NCBI RefSeq assembly: GCF_009914755.1
Contig: NC_060926.1
Reading direction: 5' to 3' (one strand)
DNA length: 64,000 nt
Source: the human T2T-CHM13v2.0 reference genome, Homo sapiens
The notes under the pieces are model-generated. The model was given only the letters and a program-made list of their open reading frames with translations, was not told where the DNA came from and did not search any database. Both the position numbers and the translations under genes were made by a program. Positions 29,445-43,070 of the stretch are shown here, one piece after another. Every line of letters begins with the position of its first letter. The first letter of the stretch is position 1.

Positions 29445-30924
29445 GATAGAACGATTTCTGAGGCCATCAACAGATGTTATGCCTGCATAAGAAAATCATC
29501 CACAATGGAAAGTCACAAGTTCATAAAAGTCATTTGTAGTATCTGTGGTTAATAGGATTTTATCTGTGTTCTATGAAGCACTACTCTTTTTAAAAATGTT
29601 TTTGCTGGTTGATGCCAAGTGTTCTGCAGGTCTTCCCTAAAAGAAACAAGAATTTAATAAAACCATCCTGAAACAATATTTCATTTTATCCCAAACCTTA
29701 ACGGCTATGCACACATCTTGACCAAAGTACCTTGCCTTCTCTTGAATTTCTCTAACTTTGGTTTTGAATTCAACTCTTAGGGATCCATTGAGTTTCTCCT
29801 GGCTTCCTTCAAACATATTTAATAAACTGCCCACTGCCTTGCACATAGTATGTGTTCAGTGTTTGTTAGAACAACAAGAAGGGTTTTGCAAAATGGAATA
29901 TCAATACTTTATGCAACTGACTGTCAACTGGGTTTCCACCGATGGCCTTTTCTTGTTCCCTGCCCTCATCTGAGCATTACCAGGACTGAGGAATCTCTCA
30001 TCAGGCCAGTGTCCCTCCAATTCTGATGGAGTCTGGATTGTGCTGGAAAGTGAAGGAGAATTATCGCCATGGTCTTCCTCAGCAGCTCAGACGTTTCTCA
30101 GTCAGCATGTATGCTCTGTTAACATTTATCTCCAGGCCCGAGGGGTCAGGTCAATTATATAGAAGTCCAAGCTAGTGAGAGGAATGGAAATGATGAGGCT
30201 TGAAAATTCTTCACTCTTTGTTCTTCTAATGGGTGACAGGATAATTAGTCCAAATGAGGTGCAGCCTCTCCCAGACTATATTTAGTCTAATTGCAGAGCT
30301 TTCTTTCCCCTGGAGGAGCCTTGGATCTCTCCCTGGTGGATGGTAGTGCCCAAAAGAGAACAATATCAAGCAGGCCGGCCGCAGCCATAGCGGGGCATAC
30401 TCTCCCCTTCTCAGGAGGGAGGTGGGGCTAGGGCAGCTCAGCTTGTGTCCAGGATGCAGAAAATGGGGTTCAACCCCCAACTCTGCCACTGGCTAGCTGT
30501 GTAACTGAGGACCCCCGATCCCCTCTGAACCTCGGTGTTTTGTATGTTCAATAAGCATGATAATCTCTACCTCACAGGAGAGTAATGCGGATGAAATGTG
30601 GTAACTTTTGCCAAGTGCTTTGTGAATTGCAGCTGTGTGACATAAATGTGGGTGGACTGCCATAAATAACAGAAAAACCCAGATTTCCCCCTTCTTCTCA
30701 AAGGGCCAGTACCTGTTTAACCTTGACATGTGAGGCTCTGTCACACTTAAGAGGAGAGTCTGCCATCACCTTCGCTCCCTTCCTCCTCCTGAGACCACTG
30801 TTTCCAACCCTTAAGCACATGGTTAATGCTAAAAAAAAAAAAAAAAAAAAAAAAGTGATTGCCAGTATTACTATTTGCAATTAAAATAGAAGTATTGATT
30901 CAGCAAAGAGAAGAGACACAGTGT

Positions 30925-31601
30925 TGTGTTAGTCCATTTTGTGCTGCGATAACAAAATGCCTGAGCCTGGGTAATTAATAAAGGAAAGAAACTTACTTCT
31001 CACACTCCTGGGATCTGGGAAGCCCGAGGTCAAGGCACCACCATCTAGTATGGGTCTTCCGGCTGTGTCCTCACGTGGCGGAAAGCAGAAGGGCAAGAGA
31101 GAGCAAACCCCCTCCCACAAGCCTCACCCTTTTTAACTTTTATTTTTTTCAGGACGCAAGGTCTTCCTCTGTCACCCAGACTGGAGTGCAGTGGCGCCAT
31201 CATAGCTCACTGTATCCTCAAACTTCTGGGCTCAGGCAATCCTCCTGCTTCCGCCTCAGGAGTAGCTAGGACTATAGGTGTGTGCCACCATCCCCAGCTA
31301 CATTTCCAATATTTTGTGTGTGTGTGTGTGTGGAGATGGGGTCTCACTATGTTGCCCCGGCTGGTTTCAAACTCCTGGCCTCAACCAATTCTCTCACCTT
31401 GGCCTCCTAAAGTGCTGGGATTACAGGCATGAGCCAGCATGCCAGGCCCCATTTTTATAATAAAGCAGCATTTATCCATTCACAAGGGTGGAGCCTTCAT
31501 AACCTAACAACACCCTAAAAGCCCCTACCTCCCAACCATTGTTGTAGTGGGGAATACATTTCCAACACATGAATTTGGGGGCACACATGCAGACCATAGC
31601 A
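30925..31601 (-). mobile_element. MST/MLT1A-type MaLR LTR interrupted by an Alu
   Basis: TGTGTTAGTCCATTTTGTGCTGCGATAACAAAATGCC...GAATTTGGGGGCACACATGCAGACCATAGCA. Confidence 0.75.
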
Positions 31602-32256
31602 ATAGTATACTGAATTGTTTAAATGTACATACTTGCAAATAAATTGAGAAGAGGTAATGTTTAGAAAAGCATTTTTTTCATTCACAATAGGAACGCCTAA
31701 AAGAATATAACATTGATATGCCTTTATCTGCTCAGCTATAAGTTTATGAATTTAATCATTTTAATATAATTTGACATTAAAGTATTTAACTTTTCCCTCT
31801 CTGAGATGACTTCCTTCCCCTTCTTGAATTCTGTTTGTCCTGTTTCCCCACCCCTCAAATGTAAAAAAAAAGAATTTGAAAATTACAAATGAATTATATT
31901 GAATTAGACATATATTTACTGAACCCCTAGTATGCAGAACTAAAAAAAGATGATTGAAACATATGGGTTTTCCCCTCCAACTCATCCTTGTCATAATACT
32001 CCAGTGACAACATACACATTCAGAAGCATTCATTACCAAGGCTCTCAGCATTTTAAACATTTCCTTTAACATCCTTAACACTGCCGATCCAGCTGAGGTA
32101 ATAAGGTGCTTTTCCTTCTCAGTGATTCGTCCTGCACCCTGCCAAACCTTTCAGTCAAACAATGAGGTCGAAGCTTACTGTCCCAAGGAAAGAGGATGGA
32201 CATTAGCTAAAACAAAGACATTATGGCTCAGCTTCGTGCTTCAACCAGACTTTTTT

Positions 32257-32723
32257 TTTCTTTTCATTATACTTTAAGTTCTAGGGTACATGTACACAAC
32301 GTGCAGGTTTGATATATAGGTATACATGTGCCATGTTGGTTTGCTGCACCCATTAACTCATCATTTACATTAGGTATTTCTCCTAATGATACCCCTCCCT
32401 CTGCCCCCGACCCCAACAGGTCCCGGTGTGTGATGTTCCCTGCCCTGTGTCCAAGTGTTCTCATTGTTCAATTCCCACCTATGAGTGAGAACATGCAGTG
32501 TTTAGTTTTCTGTCCTTGTGATAGTTTGCTGAGAATGATGGTTTCCAGCTTCATCCATGTCCCTGCAAAGGACATGAACTCATCTTTTTTTATGGCTGCA
32601 TAGTATTCCACGGTGTATATGTGCCACATTTTCTTATCCCAGTCTATCATTGAGGGACATTTGGGTTGGTTCCAAGTTTTTGCTATTGTGAATAGTACCG
32701 CAATAAACATACGTGTGCATGTG
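32257..32723 (-). mobile_element. 5'-truncated L1PA 3' end
   Basis: Typical L1PA 3'UTR and ORF2 end (MFIAVLFTIAKTWNQPKCPS...). TSD TCAACCAGACTTTTTT at 32241-32256 and 32724-32739. Confidence 0.92.
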
Positions 32724-33327
32724 TCAACCAGACTTTTTTAAAGTCCATAGTGAGACAATTGTCTTGAAAGCTAGGTTTTTTTGAGAAAGATAGAGCTATT
32801 TCTTAGAAACCCTAAAGCTGGGTTTCTACATATGAAGAAATAAAGCCTCTTAGAGGACTTATAATAAAGAATAAACCAGAGAGAGTAGGAAGCATAGATT
32901 TGTGCCACGCATGGAGGAGAAAGCCCTTCCACCAGACAGGAAAGGATCTGGGGACAAAAAAAGAGAAGGGCAGGAATTTAGGTGCAAGGTCTCTTGGCTG
33001 ACCTGTGTCAAAACTGCAATAGTGAAATACTCACATGAGTATGGGTTGATCCAAGAATATCAAGGCTAGTGTCCTTATTCCCCACACTCAGTGTGGGGAT
33101 ACTAATTGCAAGGCTCAGATAAACTGTGGTATTGGACTGACAGAGTAGCAATGGCTGAGAGAGGTGCCTCAGCAGGTGGGCCTGGAGTGTAGCCCCATCA
33201 AATACTTTATAATCCAGAGCAGGGTAGAGCAGCGTTCTCAAACTTTCTGGTCTCAAGAAGGCAGACTAAGTGTCTACTGAGCCTGTTTCTCTAGGGAATG
33301 GTTTTTGGATTCGGGATACAATATCAA

Positions 33328-33336
<9 letters not shown>

Positions 33337-33377
<41 letters not shown>
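33337..33377. repeat. (TG)n microsatellite
   Basis: About 20 TG units following a (TA)n run. Confidence 0.95.
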
Positions 33378-33379
<2 letters not shown>

Positions 33380-33496
33380 CTGTAATTTCAGTATTTTTGA
33401 TTCCTCAAAAAGTCTTAAAGTGTTGGGAAACTGTCTAGCTCATGGTGGTGGATATATAGTTCCCCCCAATGTTTTACTTTAAAGCTCAAATTTTAA

Positions 33497-33847
<351 letters not shown>

Positions 33848-34182
33848 TAAGTGACAGGCTCACTTTGTTCATTTTCCAGGAAATCCCCAAATCTGAACAA
33901 CCATAGTCAGTCCTTCTCTTAAGCAGTGTTCCATGAAAAAAGCACTAGCTCAGCTCATGATTCAATCACACAAATACTTTTTCTGTTACTATACCTTAAT
34001 ATGCAGTGAGAGTGTTTTATGTATGAACTCCCCATTTTGTCATACATACAGAAATGACAGGAAGTGGGGTTGAGACTTAGCACATTTTGGCTGGGTGCGG
34101 TAGCTCACGCTTGTAATCCCAGCACTTTGGGAGGCTGAGGTGGGCGGATCACGAAGTCAGAAGATCAAGACCATCCTGGCTA

Positions 34183-34414
<232 letters not shown>

Positions 34415-34439
34415 TTAAAAAAATGTTTATTCTAATAAA

Positions 34440-36850
34440 CCATTTTAAAATGGAACTTACAACATATTTTGAACTGAAAAGAAATGAAGCAACAGCATCT
34501 GAGAATTGTTGAGATGCTGTGAAAGCAGTACTTGGGGGAAAATTTATAGTACTAAGCACCTATATTAGAAAAGAAGAAAGGCCTCGAATTAATAACATCA
34601 GCTTCCAAATTAAACACTGGACAAAGAAGAATTAAACCTAAGGTAAGCAAAATAAATGAAACACAGTGAGTATCAGAGTGAAAATCAGTGGAACAGAAAA
34701 CAGGAAACCAATACAGAAAACCAATACAGAAAATCAGTGAATCCAAAGCTGGTTTAATATCCTGAAGTCAATCCATGTAATTCATCATAGTAACAGACTG
34801 AAAAAGTAAACCATATCGTATCAACAGATGCAGAAAAAGCAGCTGACAAAATCCAACATCCCTTCCTGATTAAAAAACAGTAAAAAACTCAGCACATAAT
34901 AGAACAAAAACTTCCGCAGCCTGATAAAGGGCATCTAGGAAAAACCTACGGCTAAACATCACACTTAACATGAAATACTAAATGCTTTCTCCATAAGATC
35001 AGAACAAGGATGCCCACTCTCTCCACATCTTTTCAACATAGTACTGGAGGTTATAGCCAGAGCAGTAAGGCAGAAGGAGAAAAGTTATCCAGAATAAAAC
35101 TGTCTTTGGAGATGACACTGTTATCTGTGTAGAAAATCCAATGGAATGTTCAAAGAAGCCAGTAAATCCAATACGTGAGTTTAGCGACGTAGTAGGATAC
35201 AAAATAAGTACAAGAATATAAATTGATTGTTTATACCAATTAACATTCAGAAAATGAGTGTTAAATTTTAAAATTGAAATTAAAAAAAATTTTATAGCAT
35301 CATTTAAAATATTAAAATGTAGAGTTAAATCTCACAAAAGATGTGTAAGACCTATTCACTGAAACCTATGACATTGCTTAGAGAAATTAAAGCATATACA
35401 AAGATGGATGGATTGAACAATATTGCTCAGATCTCAATTGTCCCCAATTGATGTATTGTGTAAAAATAATCCCAATCGAAATTACATTTTTGTAGCGACT
35501 GATAAGCTGCAAAGACTTAACATAGCCTAACCAATTTTGTAAATGAAGAACAAAGTTGGAGGACTAACACTACCTAATTTTAAGATTTATTTATAAAGCT
35601 ACAGTAATTAAGACAATGTGGTGATGGTTCAAAGATATACAAATATGGACGGTGTGGTGGCTCACATCTGTAATCCCAGCACTTTGGGAGGCCAAGGTGG
35701 ACGGATCACGGGTTCAGGAATTCAAGAATAGCCTGGCCAACATGGTGAAACCCCGTCTCTACTAAAAATACAAAAATTAGCCAGGCATGGTGGCGCGTGC
35801 CTGTAATCCGTTATTTGGGAGGCTGAGGCAGGAGAATTGCTTTAACCGGGACCTGGGAGGTGGAGGTTGCAGTGAGCTGAGATCGCGCCCTGCACTCCAG
35901 CCTGGGTTACAGAGGGAGACTCTGTCTCAAAACAACAACAACGATACACAAATGTATCGGTGGACCAGAAGAGTCCAAAAATAGACACACACACATATAC
36001 AAAACTGATTTTCAACAGAGATGTGGAAGTCATTCAGTGGAAAAATCATAGTCTTTTTAAATGTGATAGAACAATTGGATATTAACATGCAAAGAACTTT
36101 GATCTGTCTCTCTTACCATATACAAAAACTCATGAACACTTCGTGAAAGAAGATATATGGATAGCAAATAAGCACGTGAAAAGATGTTCAGCAACATTAG
36201 TCACCAAGGAGATACCACCACAGTCCCGTTAAAGTGGCTAAAACACTGACCCCCATGTTGACAAGGAAATGGAAGGACTGGATCTCCCATACCGTTTGTG
36301 GGAATGTAAAATAGTACAACTTTGGAAAATAGTTTAGCCGTTTCCTAAAAAGTTAAGCATATACCTACCTATATCCAGCCATTCTACTCTTAGGTATTTC
36401 ACCAAGAGATATGAAAGCATATTTCCATACGAAATCTTGTGCAAAGCAGCTTTATTTGTAATGATGAACGACTAGAAATAACTCGTGTCCATCAACAGAT
36501 GAACTGTGGTATATCCATACACCACTACTCAGCAACACAAAGGAATGAACCATTCATACATGTGACAACACAGATGAATGTCAAAGTAATTGATCTGAGT
36601 GAAAGAAGCCAGCCCCTCCAACCAATAAAAGAGCACATACTGTAGGATTCCATTTATATAACATTTTAGAAAATGCAAACTTATAGTGACAGAGAGATCA
36701 ATGGCTGCCTGGGATGGTGTGAGGGAGGGTCAGGAGGAAACAGGACACTTCGGCGGGTGGTGGATATGTTATCATGATTGTGGTGGTGAAACGTGGCAAT
36801 ATTTATCATATTGTACACTTTATGTACAGTTTGTTCAAAATCAAGTACAC
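34440..36850 (+). mobile_element. Old L1M (ORF2 and 3'UTR) fragments with an Alu insertion
   Basis: Degenerate ORF2 and L1M-type 3'UTR motifs. Confidence 0.75.
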
Positions 36851-36858
36851 TTTTTTGA

Positions 36859-37002
<144 letters not shown>

Positions 37003-37759
37003 TAATTTTTTTGTACTTTTAGTAGAGATGAGTTTCACCGTATTGGCCAGGCTGGTCTTGAACTCCTGACCTCAGGTAATCCACCCGCCTCGGCCTCCCA
37101 AAGTGCTGAGATTATAGGTGTGAGCCACCGTGCCCAGGCCAAAATCAATTGCACTTTTAACTGTTAAAAATTAAACCACAGAACACTTAGGAAAAGAAAG
37201 GGGGTTAGATGTCTTTATAACTTTTGTGTAGGCTAATGGGCTTTTTTACTGGAGACAAGGTCTTGCTGTGTCACCCAGGCTGGAGTACAGTGGGTCAGTG
37301 ATAGCTCACTGTATCCTTGAATTCCTAGGCTGAAAAGATCCTCCTGCCTTAGCCTCCCAGATAGCTGGGACTATAGGTGTGCACCACTATGCCTGGATGA
37401 TTTCTTATTTTTGTAGAGATGGGGTCTGTGTTCCCTAGGCTGGTCTTGAACTCCTGGTCTCACACAATCCCACCTTGTGGGTCAGATCCCACATTCTGGG
37501 TTCCTGGTTGTACTGGATGTTCTAGTTGGTTCCATTTTCGGCTGCAGCTTCTTAGGTCCAATGACACTTTTCCAAGTCACTGCAAAATGGTCTCTAAGAG
37601 CCTTGCTTCCTTCGAAGACAGATGGCTGGTTTTTACATCACTACTAGTTTCTCTAGACTTTTTCTTAACTGCTGGTTATTTCCTTAAACAAACTGCTTTT
37701 AATTTAGCCTTTTCAGCTTGTTCAGAGAAGAAAATGTTTTCTCTATCCACTTGGTTTTC

Positions 37760-38850
37760 TTTAAAAAAAAAAGTGGTAAAATATACATTAAACTTATTAA
37801 CAATTTTTAAAGCATACAGGTCTGTGGCATTAAGTACATTCACAATGTTGTGCATCCATCACCACTGTCCGTCTCCAGAACTTCTTCATCTTTCCCAATG
37901 GAAATTCTGTACTCATTAAACATTAACTCCCCAATCCTTCCTGACTCCCCAGCCCCTGATAACCAGCATTCTAGTGTCTCCAAGAATTTGGCTAGATACC
38001 TGATATAAATGGAATCATACAATGTTTGTCCTTTTCTCTATTTCACTTAGCATGTCTTCAAGGCTTATCCATGTTGTAGCATGACAGCATTTTCTTTTTT
38101 ATAAGGCTAATATTCACATTTTGTTTATCCATTTGTCAATGAACATTTGAGTTGCTTCTACCTTATGACTGTGAACAATGCTAAAAACATTGACATACAA
38201 ATGTGTTCACGTCCCTGCTTCCACTTCTTTGAGGTGTATACCTAGAAATGGAATTGCTGGATCACATAATTAATTTTTTGAGTATGGTTTAACCACCATA
38301 CTGTTATCCAAAATGGCTGTATTTAACATTTTCACCAGCAATGCACAAGGCCCTTTGTGCAATTCCAGTCTTTTGCCCATTTTTTGTTTTTGAGTTCTTT
38401 ATGTATTTTCAATATTATCAGATAAATGACTTGCAAATATATATATCCTCCCATTCTGTGAAATGTCCTTTGAAGCACAATTTAAAAACCGTTTTATTTT
38501 TCTTTTGCTGTCCATGCTTTTGGCATAACATTCAAGAAATCATTGTCAAATCCAATTGTGAAACTCTCCGTTTTCTTCTAAGACTTTCATAATTTTCCCC
38601 GAGTTAATTTTTGTATATTGTGTAAGGGTCCAACTTCATTCTTTTTCATGTGGATATCACATTTTCCCAACAGCACTTGTTGAAGACTGCCCCTTCCCCA
38701 TTGACTGAGCTTGGCGCTCATGTTGAAAATCACTTGACCATGTATGTGAGCAGTTATTAATGGGCTATTGTATTCCATTGGTTTATATGTCTGTCTTTAT
38801 GCCAGGACCACACCTTTGTGATTACTGCAGCTTTGTAGTATGGGTTTCCT
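37760..38850 (-). mobile_element. Old L1M 3' fragment
   Basis: Antisense L1M 3'UTR/ORF2 motifs (CATTAAGTACATTCACAATGTTGTGC...; GTTGAAAATCACTTGACCAT). Confidence 0.75.
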
Positions 38851-39068
38851 TTTCATTTCTGAAAGATACACACTGTCTGGCTCGTGTTGAGTTCTTAAAC
38901 CCCCTTTGTTTTCTGACAAGATTAGCACTCTCTGTAATACCAACTTTAGTTAGGACCCAGGGACAGCTGTGCACAGAGGACTAGATAACAAGCAGGTAAG
39001 CCATTCCACATGGTGTCTGCTTTCTTTGGAAAAGAAAAGGCATAGTCGCTAGGGTAAAACTGTATGCC

Positions 39069-39074
39069 TTTATT
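39069..39074 (-). terminator. Distal polyadenylation signal AATAAA
   Basis: TTTATT on +. U-rich downstream sequence on the minus strand (CCCTTTTCTTTTCC). Sits at the boundary of unique sequence. Confidence 0.7.
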
Positions 39075-42000
39075 CAACATAGAATGAGTCAGTAAAATAT
39101 GGTTTGTCTATGTGCAGAAACATACATTCAACTTCGAAGAAGGTTGTTTTTATACGACCAATGAAACAGCCTAAAAGTGACAGGAAAGAAGACAATAGTG
39201 AGGAGCTAAAAGGCAGAGTTTATTTGTCAAAGTGCTAAGGCCTATGCGCACAAAGATTTTAAGTGAATAAGAATTACATACGGTAATTTCTTCCATTCCG
39301 ACTTCTCTTAGTGCTGGTGAAGGGTGCAATGCAGTCACAGAATTAAGACAGGTTTTTTTTTTTTAAAAAAAATAGGTCAAAGCACTTACAGCTAAGTGTT
39401 TTTTTTTCTTTCAAATTTCTAGAGTTTCATTTGTTATGTTCTCTAGATCTTTCATGGATTCTAGAAATTTTGTGAATTCTCTGAGAACTTGCTCTTTAAT
39501 CAGTACTTTATTATTAGAGAATAAATTAAGATGTTTGTCCCAACCTAGAATCTGTCTCCTTATCTAACAAAGGGGTAACCAAATCCAAGACTCTGGAAGC
39601 ATCTGATTAACTTAAAATGTGTGCAAAGTGATTATATGTAGGTTAAGCTGGGGTCACTACTGAAGAAGTCTCCAAACTACTGAAACTTGCCTGAAAATCT
39701 AAAATGAAAAGAACTGCTGACTTCGGGTCAAAGCCCAACTCTATTATAATTTCCAAGCTCTAGGTATCTGAAGACATTAGATTCTGTTTTTTAAAAGAAT
39801 GTAAAATTTTATGTATGATACTTTCCATAGGAAAGACATAAGCTTTGTGTAAAATAGTTCTAAAGTATCTTCAGATATTTTGGTAACATTTAATACACTG
39901 CTTTCTAATTGGGCTAATTTGAATCCTAAATATTTTGAGAATCCCTGATTAAACTTAATAAAAGTATTGACTCAAGTTGGTCTAATATAGTGTTTAGGAA
40001 GCCAAGTTCCATTTCACTTAACAGATGGAGGTGCACAGCCCTAAATCCTGATTAGTGGCAAAAGCCACCACAGTTCAATAGAAAACTATTCCTTATCCCA
40101 CAGAATGTCTCAAATCAAACTCCAGGTTACATTCATGGCAATTCAACATTACATTAAGTGAATCTAAAATCTTAAAAAGAAATCTCTCAAAAATGGAATA
40201 AGCTACTTAATTCAAAGTTTACTTAAATCCATTTAAAACCAAATTCCAGGTTATCTTTCTTCTCCCTAAGGCATCCTCTAGGTTTTACAATTAAGAAGAA
40301 AATCAGGATTTTTAAAAATTCCCTTTAGGTTCTTTTGGGTTTGAAGAAGCACGAAAAGCAAGGTTGCAGTTACTTTTCAGGAAAACCCACTATTTAGCCA
40401 CAGCCCATCTCCAAGTTGATCCTTTCTGGCTCTTTTCCTGGTTTCGCTTTTTCTTCCTGTTACAAGATCTCCTTCCAGGGAATGCCTTTTTAGGTTAAGG
40501 CAGAAAGTTACATGGAAGTACAGAGTCTATACAGTCTCTATGAAAAACAAAAGCAAAACTCAATCTATTATTAAATGTTACCAAGTATTAGGAAAACTGA
40601 GGACACTCATCCTCCTGGTTCCTGGACAGAGACTACGTTACATAGTGGAATACACCAAATTCTTCTTTAAAAAGCGCTAGAGTCCTGCTGAAGCCCTTTT
40701 TAATTCAAGTTGTGACTCAAGAGAAAAAAGGAAAAGCCACTTCTACATTAGAATAGAAAAGGACACAAAAGTAATTTTATCCATTATGGAGAAAAACTGG
40801 GATGCAACAATTCCAAATGAAGAGATACAGTTACTTATCATCTATAAGATGAAAATCATGTTTTAAGAAAAATTCCCTTTAGCTTCTTTTAGGTTTGAAC
40901 AGTGACAGGAAAGCTGCATTATTTACCCAACTGTGTTTGAAAGGGTTAGTTTAACAAAACACTAACTTACTGACCTAAATTAACTACTGACAGAGATTGC
41001 TGTTGGCCTGCTTCTAATTTAGATGTTAAGAGATTTCTTGAAATTTCTATAGACAACTTTAGCTATTCCAACAATAGTTCTCAAAAAAGGTGCATTTTAT
41101 TAATATGGCTCCTCATTTCCACACTTTTTTCATCTAGGGACCTTCTTTCTTCATGTATTTGCCACTACTGTGTCCAGTGTCTCAAACACTTCCATTTCAT
41201 AACTCATTTAAATTTTCAACCTATCTTGGGAAAAAGGTAGTATTACTCCTTGAGCCTAGAACTAAAAACATGCTGTATAGTCACTACTTTAGGAAAACCT
41301 TTCTGCAACTTACATGACTATTTTTGCTTACCTTTGCATAACCAGCACTTTAGTGCTTAGTGCACAGTAGGTGCTCTATAAATACTTGAATTAGTAAATA
41401 ACATGATTTGTACATAAAAAGTTACCAGACTTCTAAAGACCAGCTGAGGTCAAGTAGTCTCAGAAGCAATGAACACGGGTTTCTGACTCAGTGAAGTAAA
41501 TAAAGGGTAGCTGGGGATCCAGGTTGAAGCTGCCTTGTCTTCTGGTATGTTGCCTTCTCCCTCAGCTGCAGACCAACTCTACTTGCAGGCACCCATGTCA
41601 TCACCTGAATATAAATTTATCTTCCCACAAGATAGGAGACCCATCTAAATAATGATAAATATGTACCAGAAATGGGGAGTCAATCTTTGTAAATGGTCAT
41701 TATGGATTAGTTTATACACATTTAAATATTTTACCTTCATTCTTATTATATATGGAAATTATGAAGATGCTAATGTCCCCTGAGACTTAAGAAGCTTCCT
41801 TTAGAAACAGCACATTTTCAGCTAAGATCTAGACTGCTGTTCTCTTGGAAGGCTGAATTATCTCCAACGTCTTGGGACAACCCAGATACTTGACATTCCA
41901 GTATCTGAAAAATAAAAACTGTCTTTTAAAAAGCCAATGTAAAGAAAAAAAAAAAAAGCCAATGTATCCTTACATTAACTTCCAAAATATATTTTTTCTT

Positions 42001-42980
42001 TTCAGTGAAAGTAACCACAGCTGGGCAATTATGGGAACTAGTGAACTACAATAAAAAGTCAGTTTTATGGGTCATCAAGATACACTCTCGAAAATCTGAC
42101 CTTAACAATTTTTCTTTTAGGTCATCAATGATTCGATATATTATTCATTTGTTAAAAAATGGGCTATATACTTTTCTTTATAAAGACGATGTAGGCACCA
42201 TTTTGCTCCTATCATATCCTAAAATCAAGTATTTACTTTGCAGCCACAAAATGAGTTCTCGTGGATTAGACAGCAATCTCGGTATGGGAACATAGACAAC
42301 CTCTCCTACCAACTGGCTCAGACCTCATTTCCATAGCTACCCTTCCTGACCCAGAGGAGTTCAAAATTCAAGTGTCAAATGCTGAAATAGAACCTAATCA
42401 AGGCACAGGTGTTTCTCTTCACATTATTTTCCTTGCTCTTTGACCTCTCCAGATTAGACGGGCAGGAAGGACATGACTGGCTATGAAACTCACTTCTGAG
42501 AGAACTGGGAAACGGAAAAAAAAAAATTTCTATCATCTTCAAGAAACTATTTCTTCACACTCCCCTAAGGCCTGGAAAGTGGTGGCAGTAAATGTCAACC
42601 ACTGTGGAGAAAGGAAAACCTATTTTTTCCCCCGAGATATTTCCTTACCATTCTTTGATTTAGGAGCAAACAATGGGCACATTAATAAAGAGGCTGCACC
42701 GCATTTCTTCACTTTTCCAGTAATGTTAGGGGGTTAGGAGACAAAACAGATTAAGGGAGAAAACATGGAGACAGACAGATAAGGAAAATTTAATCAGTTT
42801 TACTTAAATTCCAAAAGAAATACACTACCCTGATTTATCACCAAGTTCCTCATTTTACTCTCTTCCATACAATCTGTGGGAACCATCCCATAGGAGTATA
42901 AGGCAGTAACTGAGGACTCTTACCCACGCCACTCTCAGATGTATGTTAAACCTCAAGATTCACCAAAAAACTCCAAGGTT

Positions 42981-43070
42981 TTTATTTTCACTTTTAATGA
43001 TCTTTTACTTAATAATAAAATGAAAAATAAGAATATAGGAATACATACAATCTATATACATATATTTATT
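42981..43070 (-). terminator. Candidate proximal poly(A) signal cluster
   Basis: AATAAA at 42981-42986 and 43065-43070 and ATTAAA near 42993, in a very AU-rich block with UGUA motifs. Confidence 0.45.

Noticed and set aside
27600-29800. AT-rich unique-looking sequence flanking the second SVA, possibly a decayed pseudogene or transposase
   Set aside because: No recognisable translation by eye; would need TBLASTX/Dfam.
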